Source of the DNA: Eledone cirrhosa
Lineage: Eukaryota
Direction: 5' to 3'
Assembly (NCBI GenBank): GCA_964016885.1
Contig: OZ024740.1
Coordinates: forward strand, 331,142,001 to 331,206,000
Length of the DNA: 64,000 bases
In this document: in pieces, positions 53,857 to 64,000 of the stretch
Layout: every line of letters begins with the position of its first letter
How positions within the stretch are numbered: position 1 is the first letter of the stretch
Position numbers and translations under genes: made by a program
Notes under the pieces: model-generated
The model's database searches: none
Told to the model about the DNA's origin: nothing
The model's input: the letters and a program-made list of their open reading frames with translations, nothing else

Positions 53857-54329
53857 CGCGCGCGCGCGCGTGTGTGTCCATGCGTGTGTTTGTGCGTGTA
53901 TATGTGTGTCTTTGTGTATATATGTGTGTGTGTGTGTGCTATGTGTGTGTGTATATGTGTGTTTGTGTGTGTGTATGTGTGCGGTATGTGTGTGTATGTG
54001 TGAGTGTGTGTGTTTGTGTGTTTGTGCGTTTGTGTGTGTATTGTGTGTATGTGTGTGATATATCCAAATTACAGAGACATTTAAAATTTGATAGAAGAAA
54101 AAAAAACCTCTAATGTTCCGAAATATTGTACACGTAAAAATGACGTACACTTTTGTTCAAACAAAAATGTTAATTTCAAATATGTTTCCTTCCTTCCTTC
54201 TTACTATCTCGTGAAGTATATTTACTAATACCATATTCATCTGATTGAATTTATTCCTCGCAATATCTGTAAATGTATATGTATGAATTTATGTATATAT
54301 GTATCTACTCATCTCTCTCTCTCTCTCTC

Positions 54330-54495
<166 letters not shown>

Positions 54496-55049
54496 CGTGT
54501 GAGAGAGAGAGAGAGTGAGAGGGAGAGAAATAGAGAGAGAGAAAGAAAGAGAGAGAGAGAGAGGGGGGGGTCTATATATATGATGTTGGGTGTATTGCCT
54601 ATCCTTCTATTATTCGTTAACTTAATGATAATATTTTATTTGATTTCAAAGCAGGTTTGCCAAATCGATTTCTTTTTCACAGTTTTTTATAACAATTTTC
54701 AGTGCATCAATTATTCTCACTTTGAAATGAGAAAATGAAGTCTTGCTATTTTCAATTCCCTCTAAAGATTTCACTAAATTTATTCCCTATGTAGTAAAGA
54801 CATTTTAAGTATCTCTGTAGAAGATATAATATTTTTCAAGTTTGTTTAGTTTAAATTTATTTGTAAATTTGCTTTCAGATATCGAGCAGTGTTTCACAAT
54901 TTCAGAGACAATTATCTTGCCAAAACAAATACTTCTGATTATGTAACTATGTATCTATGTATCTATCTCTCAATATCACCATCTATATATCTATATATCT
55001 ATCTATCTATATATCTTTTGTTCTCTCTCTCTCACTATATATAGATATA

Positions 55050-55120
<71 letters not shown>

Positions 55121-55129
55121 GAGTGCGTA

Positions 55130-55175
<46 letters not shown>

Positions 55176-56439
55176 TCTAATGCAATGGTTTTAACAATAT
55201 GTTTGAAAGTTAGTTTGTTTCCTAAGAATAGATGAATATATTTTTCAATTTGCGATTACTTTCTGTGCGTCAGTTAATTTGCAATAGGACAATAAATTTA
55301 CTTTCTCAGCAATTTCGAAGATATATTTTTGATACACCCATCCGCCATGATCATGCGTTAGTACTTATACAAAATATCTGAAAACTGTCAGCTGATAGGA
55401 TGTTTACAGAATTTTTAATTGTATTTATTTATAGACAAATGATCAATTATAAAAAAAGAAAAACATCTCAAAATTTCGTTCATATTCGTTGCATAACTGG
55501 AGCCTAAGTAAATGATATACTATTAAAAAATATTTGAATTATCAGTGCTTTAATTTTTTGTTAATATCTAAAGCGTTATCGAATCATCCCAATTTTCAAG
55601 CCAAGCCATATGTTAAAAGTCTTTCTAATGATATAATCCGGAGTATTGATAGCAGTGCTGGCAAACAGTGATTATGAAAAGTCATTAATACACGGTTCGA
55701 TCAGACTCATTAGTATTTCTAATTAGTAATTTGTGAAAGCCTTCCTAATATAAACACAAAGTTGGTAAAAACATTCACATACTTCGCACATCCATATATG
55801 TATGTTTGTATTTAAGTATACACATATTCCGACATTGTATTCAAAATATGAATGTTCCATTTGACGTCGAGTTAATGTTTGTGATGGCAAAATTTCAGAC
55901 ACGGCATCTCAACTCTTCCTTGCAGCAGCGAGTGTTGGCAGAAAATCGACCGCCTGTGCATTAGGAGGCATCTCTTCCAAGAAAAAAAAGAAAAACGAAA
56001 CCCAAAGAGTCTAGTATGATGTGACAGAGAGAACAAGGCAGGATGATCAGTCAGTAGTAGATAACGGGTGTGATGTACATGGATAAAATATACATGTCCG
56101 CTACCTATGTCTGATATTTTAGTGAACGCTTACGCTAGGCCCATTATTGGGTGAGAGATTCTTGCCTGGCTACTTGTCCCAGAATTTGTCCGTCTAGAAA
56201 TCTGATCTGAAACACATCAACCAATTTAACCGGCAAGATCACGCTAAACGCGTGGACATGTGCTGAGCACAGATCTCCTACATTGTAGTTAGCACCGTGC
56301 AAAATAAGGTCTCAAATTTGTTTAGTAGTGAATCGATAGTAAATACATACCACAGAGGTGCGAGGAGACAACCTTGGTAAACGGAGTGCACAATGATAAC
56401 TGGTCCCATGTGCTGACCGTTTACTTTAATCCCAGAGCA

Positions 56440-57360
56440 GATGCCTCAACCTTGGTCTCCTGTTGACCCAATACTGCAGTTCAGTTGAAGTGACAAGCTG
56501 CGGAAAGGCCTGTCTACCGAACGGCGACCACACCTCTTCCCCGTTTAAAAATATCTGAAGATGTCGAGCCTCAGCAAAAGTGTGCACATCATCTGCTACG
56601 GCATAAGCATCCATCTGCTCAGAGGGTGCTGGAGGCAGATTGACCTCCTCGTGAAGAGATTCTGTCTCTTCTACAAGCATTTGAAGAGGAACCGTTCCAA
56701 TTTGGTGAGGTGTGGTTGGAGAAAAGTCATGATGGTCAGGCGGAAAAAGATGATGGAGGCGTTGTATGCGTTCACCACCCCCATCCAACCTATGTTGTTC
56801 CAAGTCCACAGTCGTGCATTGGAGAAATCTAGTCGGTACCTCTCAGATAGGTGGAACTGTTTGATTGAGGATTTTGCTCTCGTCGCTCCTATTTGCTACT
56901 CCCACATAATCCCAGTGTGCCTAAGATGCCGCTCCAGTCCAACGCTAATTATAATGGACGACACGTTCCTAGAAAGGCTACCAGGCGCCTCAAGAAATAC
57001 AGCAATACAGTCCTGGTCGGTGTATAGACGACCAGCAGTTGAAAGACACCAACGTCACTATTGCTTACGTCCAGAACCACCAGCTTACTCGCTGAGTCCG
57101 GTAAGTTCATGCTTACCTCAAGATCCCTGCATTTCCTAAAGAGCAATGCCATCCCACCTCTCATTCCTGGCCGACTAAGTGATATGAAGATCTAATAGTA
57201 TTTGAAAAATGGGGCTAGCGCGCATGTATCGGAAATTCTGGTCTCGTTGACGGCAGTTACATCCATATCTAGTGATCTGAGCTTGTTCAGCAAGTGACCC
57301 TGCTCACAGGACGACACAAGGCCAGGGATATTTATGCAATTTACACGTAAGATTGATCAA
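56440..57360 (-). pseudogene. Tx1/L1-clade LINE: APE domain joined to post-RT segment (internal deletion)
   Basis: ILRVNCIN..LRSLDMDV.AV.ETRISD; GGMALLFRK; KLVVLDVS; junction near 56785 to VVNAY..; FLNGEEVWSPF. Confidence 0.85.
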
Positions 57361-58018
57361 GAGGGAAAAGATTTATTTATATTTGGGGGGCTTGTAAACT
57401 TCGGGTGATTCCACCTCTATGTATGGTGGGCCTTCTTTTGGGAACCACTTTAAAAGTCTGCTTGTTGCTTTTACGTTTCTTGCGGAAACCACTCCCTAAT
57501 GTTTGTGTAAGTTTCTGTGCCTGTTGCACCATTATTAATGTGTGTGGTGTCTCCGTTCTTTTCTGTGTCTACGTTTCTGTTTTTTTTTCTTTATTTCGCT
57601 GCTGAGGTTTTATGTTTGGGTATTTATCTGTGGATTTGGTTGGGGAGGGGAAATCGGAGTGGGAGAGCTTTCCTAGTTTTATCCCTCTACTGGGTTTTTT
57701 AATTTGGTGGCAGTTTAGCTGTTGCAATTACTGGTGGTCATGCATCTACTCTTTGTGCTGTCGATTCTGATGTTTAATGACATTGGCCTCGGTTTTGAAC
57801 AACACCGAGATATGCCCGAACTTTCTGCCCATTGATCTACATATTCTCTGATGCATTTCAGTGTTGCCTCCACTTCACATCGGACGGGTCAGTTCTGCTT
57901 TGCGGGTCGAGACTGTAATGCATCTATAAATTAAAGTATCTCTTTGTTTTGCCGGTATTAGTTCGGTCGAGATGGGTAGGTTGCCCCATTTTTTTTTTTT
58001 ATTATTTCGTTTAATTTA

Positions 58019-58210
58019 AGGTCGGTGGATTGGCAGTATCGGTAGAGGGACGGACGCCATGCTTTGACGCATATAGTTACGGCCCTTGCCATTCTGAGTT
58101 CAAATCCCGCCGATGTTAACTTTGCCTTTCATCCTTATGGGGTCGATAAAATAAAGTACCAGTAATGTACTGAAAAATTGCTGGCCTTGTGCCAAAAGTA
58201 GAAACAATTA
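58019..58210 (+). mobile_element. full-length Nin/Deu-type SINE with 16-bp target site duplication
   Basis: ATTATTTCGTTTAATT at 58001-58016 and 58207-58222. Confidence 0.9.
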
Positions 58211-58262
58211 TTTCGTTTAATTAATTTCCATGACTGGGCCAAACGTTCTTCTTTATTTGAAA

Positions 58263-59250
58263 CTAGCAGTAAAGCCCGGCGTTGCTCGGGGTCGCTCAGT
58301 AGCTGTGTTAAAGTTACAATGTTAAGTTTCTTTCTTGGCTTAAAAACTGTAGTGTCTACTGTGCAGACTTGCATGTGGTGTTTTTGATTAATATTCCCTC
58401 AACCAACAATATGCCTTATGAAGTTAAGAAAACATAACGATAACCCGAATGTTATAACAAAAGAGGATGCTGGGGATAGAAACTGCACTGGTTATTTATT
58501 AACAAAGATCGAAAATGTAAACACTGCAACGCAGAGAAAAACATTAGCGTAACCAAATTATCAGTTATGTCTGTCTGCACGCCTATATCACCTCTCTGCA
58601 CGACTGTCTGTCTGCACGCCTATATCACCTCTCTGCACGACTGTCTGTCTGCACGCCTATATCACCTCTCTGCACGACTGTCTGTCTGCACGCCTATATC
58701 ACCTCTCTGTACGACTATCTGTCTGCACGCGTATATCACCTCTCTGCACTACTGTCTGTCTGCACGACTGTCTGTCTGCACGCCTAACGACGAAATATTT
58801 GCTTGTTTTACGTAGTCTTTAAATAGACTTGTTTTCAAGTAAAAATATTGTTTTAAAATGCTTTTAAATGGAAATGAAGCAAAACGGAAGCTTAGTGTTC
58901 GAACTGATGAATTTTGCAGGTCAATATTTTGCTGGCTCGACAACTGTCTGTTCGTGTATTGTGTTAAAGTCATTTTAAACGCTGAGAAAGCCAGCGTAAT
59001 TTTTTACGTAAGACGCTCAATGTAAACAGAACAAAGGGAAATAACTGATCACTTACGCTCAAAAATCGATACATTATATTCGATTTCGTCACATAGGGTG
59101 GGTCAATTTGAAATTTTTTTTTCCGATGTCTTCGCTAGGGCTCAATGTACAAGTATAGCAATTTCGGTGCAATTCCGTGAGAGATTCTAAGAGGAGATGT
59201 GTGCCAAAAATCGATAGTCAGACAGACAACCACAGTTTTATATATATAGA
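58263..59250 (-). mobile_element. non-autonomous Helitron-like element
   Basis: minus: A|TCTATATATATAAAA..(CTGT)n start; CCCGAGCAACGCCGGG hairpin 8 nt before CTAG|T; no TSD. Confidence 0.82.
58568..58785 (+). repeat. 37-bp minisatellite (~5.5 units)
   Basis: unit ctgtctgtctgcacgcctatatcacctctctgcacga, no spacers. Confidence 0.95.
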
Positions 59251-59974
59251 TTACCAGTCGCTAAAATTGCCTGTCCTTTGGAGCCACGATGTAAATGTGT
59301 TGTTGGAAATGGTGGTGCCATTTGTTTTGCCGCTATTGTTACTGTTGCCATTGGTGCTCCTGTTTTATTTTATTTTATCTTATTGCTTTTGTTGTAGGTG
59401 TTGATGTTCATTTCATTCTTTTCGGTGTTCTTTTTACTCATATTTGTTATTGTTTTTGTAGTGTGTTCTGGTGTTGCTATTCTTGTTACTGCTGTTGTTG
59501 TTGTTGCTGTTATACATATAGATATATTCAAAACAATATATTTGTTTTCATTTTCTACCGTAACAATAGGTTTTTGTCTTCCATTATTTTTAATATCATC
59601 TGCAAGATGACAGCCGACATCAAACTGTCTCCTCGACTCTCTCCCTCTCCCTCTCATTCTCCCTCTCTCTCCCACTCTCCCACTCTCTTTGTATGCTGTC
59701 GGAGATGCGTCATGGTGTCTCGATGTTTGTGTTTTGACGATGAAAATGAACAAAACCAGTACTTTCCTTGCAGACAACCCACATAGTGGTGTCTTTCAGC
59801 ACAAACATATTCCATCTACAGGAAGCAGATAGATTTAACTAAACTTAAATAATGTTTAAAAATTAAATAGAATAATAGAGCAAGTAAAAAGGGCAATATA
59901 ACTTGTATAATATAACTTGTATAAAGTGAAGCCGATGTTATGCGTGGGTTTCCGTTAGAAAGTCTATAGTAATA

Positions 59975-60158
59975 TTAATTGTTTCTATTTTAGGCACAAG
60001 GCCAGCAAATACCCAGTGCATTACTGGTACTTTATTTCCTCGACCCCGTTAGGATGAAAGGCAAAGTCAACCTCGGCGGCATTTGAACTCAGATCATAAA
60101 GGGACGTAACTATGCTGGGACGCATGGAGTCCGACCCTCTACCGACACTGCCAATCCA
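59975..60158 (-). mobile_element. Nin/Deu-type SINE
   Basis: reverse complement of the family; AATATTAAT on both flanks (possible TSD). Confidence 0.87.
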
Positions 60159-60269
60159 ATATTAATAATAATTGTTTTTATCTCACGTTTCCTCAACTCG
60201 TATATATATATTTTTTTCACAAGCCTTTATTGTGAAAAACTGTTTAAATAGGATATTATTTACAGTAGC

Positions 60270-63200
60270 AATAATGATAATGATTTCATTTATTAGCCAC
60301 AAGGGCCGACATGTAGGGGACAATACAAAGACAGGGACAGTGGGGGTTTACAATAAGGTCGAGTAAAAATGCACAATGGCAAGACTAATTTAACAATGAA
60401 AATATAAAATATAAAATAAACTATGCAAAATATAACAAAATAAATTCCCCGATAGGGGGTGGACGACCCTGGGGTGATTCGGGTATCCCACCAATCCTGA
60501 ACCACCCTGCGCTTCTAGGGCACCCAGGAGAGCACCCCTCTCCTCAAGTTAGCTAGCCTATAGGCGCATGGTCAGAGTAGGCCCATTCACACGAGCCATT
60601 CTTGCCACATTCAACCACCTTTTAGCAAATGTACTGGGGGGCAGCACTTCTCTCTCCACCCTCACCCTCCTTTCCAGGTGAAACTTGAAGAAGTTGATGA
60701 GGGATTGGCCGAAGAGAAAAGTGTCTGTCTTTAGTCCTTTCAACCTGGTCCACCATATAATCTCTTTCGCAACTGCCACCAGACAGAGGAAAATGTCCTG
60801 CTCTTCCTGACCTAAGGAAGGTGGCGGCTCGATCTTCACTATGGACTCGGCCGATAACTGGATTCGTTGCACACGCGACAGTAGCTGTTCGACATAACTC
60901 CACATGTCAGTAATGCACGGACATTGGACAAGTGCGTGCAGAACGGTTTCGTCGTTCTGTGCGCATCTTGGGCAGGTCCGTCTGACAGCACTTCCGTGCC
61001 TGTAGAGTTTATCCCGAACCGGCAGTGCCCCCCGGTAGCACTGCCAAGCGAGGTATTTCTGGAAATTGTCCATCGTCCCCGGCTCAAAAGTCCTCCGGTA
61101 CAGACTGGTCAGTTCGACTTCGTCGAGGCCCAAAGCTTCTCCGAGTGCGTCATCGCACTTGCCCACCACTAATCCTCTATAAAACTCGAGAGTGGAACTT
61201 CCACTGATCGCATTGCCCGCTTGGTAGAGGGCAGTGAGTGCCTGGCAACATTCCAGGTGCCAGTCACCCAGTCTCGGCCTCTTCTTGACCCAGGACTGCA
61301 GCTCAGTCAAAGAAATGAGCTGCGGAAAGGCCCGTCTGATAAACGGCGACCACACCTGTTCACCATTGAGGCAGAATATCTGGAGATGTCGCAGCCTCAA
61401 CGCATGTCTGCGCATCATTAGCCACGGCATGCCCAGCCCTCCGTGTAGAGGGTGCTGGCAGCAGATGGACCGCCTCACCAACGGAACTTGTCCCCTCCAC
61501 AAGAATTTGAAGAGGAGCCGTTCCAACTTGACGAGGCGCGGACGGGGGCAAGGCACGACGGTTAGGCGGTAATAGATGACGGACGCGATGTACGCATTCG
61601 CCACCTCCGCGCGACCTTTCAGTGATAGCTTCCTCCCAGCCCATTTTTGGGTGAGACTGGCTACTCTGCTCGTTACCTCGTCCCAATTCTTTTCCACCTG
61701 GAGGTCTGGTCCGAAACAAACCCCGAGCAACTTTACTGGTCCGTCCGTCCAGCGCCCCACGACGCTGTTGGGCGGCATGGGCTTGCCTCTCCAGGTTCCG
61801 AGCTGCAAGCCCACCGACTTTTCCGGGTTAAGTTTGGCTCCTGTCAACCTTTCATATTCTTTCAATAAGGTGCCAACCACCTCGATTTCTGAGGTGTTCG
61901 ACACCATCACGGTGATGTCGTCCGCATAAGCCGACACCGCCTTTCCACGTCCCGGTTCGAGCGGGATGCCCTGCAACAGCTCCAGCTTCCGCAGTAAAGG
62001 CTCGAGAGTCAATACGTACAGAAGGGAAGAGAGAGGGCACTCTTGACGGACCGATCGGGAGAGCCGAAATGGTTCCGAGAGGTGGCCATTAACTTTGACC
62101 ACCGAGCGTGTGCCGCTGTGCATTGCAACGATCCAGCTTCTAAAGACAGGGTCGAAGCCAGCTGCTTTGAGGACAAACTCCAGATACCGATGATCGACCC
62201 TATCAAATGCTTTCGATTGATCTAAATTGATCAGTGCCCCACCGAAGCCAGGTTTACACCCTACCCTCTCTATGATGTATCGCATGAGGTGGAGATTGTG
62301 GTGTATGGACCTGGCTGGGATTGCGCAAGTTTGCGCCTCCCCAACCAAATCCTCGACGACAAGCGCCAATCTCTTTGCTAACACCTTGGCCAAAATCTTA
62401 AACTCTGTGTTGAGCAGAGTTATGGGCCTGAAGTTGTCTAATGTATCCCTCTTGTTCTCGTCTTTCCTTATCAGCGTCACCACTCCCCTGCTCACAGAAC
62501 TGGGAATACTCCCATTCTGCTGCCAGTTACAGTAGAGTGCTTCAAGGAGTTCGGAGAACAAGTCTGGCATATTTACGTAAAGCTCGTAGGGCAGGCCATC
62601 CAAGCCTGGTGACTTGCGCCTCATGCAGCCGACAAGGGCGTCCTGAATTTCGGCTGAAGTAATCGGCCTTTCGCAGCGCTCAGCGTCGACCGTCGAGATG
62701 CGCGGCAAGCCGTCAAGGTAGGGACTGAAATCCGCTACTCTCTCTGACCCGCCACTCTCCCCGAACAACCGAGCAAAGTGCTGGCGAAAGGCCTCACACA
62801 TCCGCTTGGAATCGCTTATCTCGTGTCCGTCTCGGTCCGCCAAAGACCGAATTGTGGTTTTATTACCACGCTGCGCCTCCGCAACGCGGGCCCATCGAAC
62901 AGCTTTAGTTCCCTCGTTTCTCAGCGCACGCGCCTTAGCTCTGACAATGCAACCTTCGTGTTTGGCATTGAAGAAATGGTCTAATGCCATTCTCGCCGCT
63001 AGCACGTCAGTTGCGATGCCACTACAAATAGCCTCGTCTAACTTATCTACCAGCTCCCCCTCCTTTCTATTTTTCTCTAACGCTAGTTCTTTGCTGAACT
63101 CTATCGAAGTTACTCTAATCTCTCTTTTGAGAGCCCCCCACCATCTGTTGTTGATGATCCCCCTGTCAACTTTTGCTTAACTAACTTATTGACTCGGCCC

Positions 63201-63979
63201 TGTAAGCCTTACGTGCCGGAAATGACATGTTCAGCTTCCAGTAACCCGGTCCTAACCTACGCGTTTTATTTAGGTCGACCGTACAGATCACAAATTTGTG
63301 ATCTGAATAGGCGACCGTTTTAAAAAGTGGACAGCCCAAACTATTTCTATCTATTTTCCTAATGAAGATTCTGTCTATATACGATCTAGATGACCCAATT
63401 CGGTTGGTCCATGTCCATACTGGCACATTGGGGAAATCTAGTCGCTACCTGTCAGACAGTTGGAACTGGCTGAGTAGGTGCTTGATGCTTTTGCACCCCC
63501 ACGCTCCTATCAGCTACTCCCACACAATCCCAGCGTGCGTCTAAGATGCCATTCCAGTCCCCTGCTAACAGTAAAGGGCGAGACGTACCCAGAAAGGTCT
63601 CCAGGCGCCTAAAGAAGTCAGGTCGTCCGGCCCCTGTAGGGGCGTAGGCGGCCAGCAGTCTAAAGGCACCACCTTCGCTACTGCTCACATCCAAGACCAC
63701 CAACTTACCGTCCGGGTCCCGGAAGATCGACCTTACCTCGAGATCCAGTCCTTTCCTAAACAGCACTGCCACCCCACCCCCCATTCCCGCCCTGCTAACA
63801 GATGCGAAGATCTGATAGTCGTCGAAAATGGGGGCTAGTGCACGCGTGTCGGAAATTCTGGTCTCGCTTACGGCAATCACATCCATTTCCAGCGACCGGA
63901 GGTCGTTGAGCAGGCGACCCTGCTTCCAGGGTGACCCCAGGCCGCGAACATTTAAACTTCCTACTCTTAATATGGCCAT
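60270..63979 (-). mobile_element. Tx1/L1-clade LINE ORF2 (APE + RT + C-terminal Zn motif) with 3' UTR; disrupted near 63450 and 63180
   Basis: SLNVRGL, AVSET, GDWN, YIDRI, SDH, GYWKLN; KSPGLDG, NFRPITLLN, LDQSKAFDRVDH, RQECPLS, AYADD; CPRC..ET..H..VQC; ORF1 would lie beyond the window end. Confidence 0.95.
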
Positions 63980-64000
63980 ATTGGTAAGCTAAGAGAGAGA

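Noticed and set aside
58568-58785. 37-bp repeats as a CRISPR array
   Set aside because: Units are contiguous with no unique spacers; eukaryotic context; no cas genes

Overview
AT-rich, microsatellite-laden eukaryotic (animal) DNA; the SINE family and the transposon mix suggest an octopod cephalopod (inference, not verified). I found no host protein-coding gene; most listed ORFs are (TA)n/(TG)n/(GA)n artefacts. The window is a graveyard of mobile elements: Penelope-like element (PLE) remnants with RT/GIY-YIG motifs, a head-to-tail cluster of R4/Dong RLE-type LINEs (27.2-36.1 kb), four or five Tx1/L1-clade LINE copies (one near-complete ORF2 at 60.6-64.0 kb), RTE-like fragments, five tRNA-derived Nin/Deu-domain SINEs, two non-autonomous Helitron-like elements and a possible mariner relic. 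The main hidden signal is RNA. Reading both strands by eye gives about 20 type I hammerhead ribozyme (HHR) motifs (CUGANGA-stem II-GAAA-stem III-NUH) from many unrelated repeat families, some with compensatory base changes between copies. The best case is a near-identical 472-bp non-coding tandem repeat (38421-39477). It carries one fully paired HHR per unit, the architecture of a retrozyme that would release a 472-nt, probably circular, RNA. All folds were paired by hand; none was computed or tested, and element boundaries are approximate.
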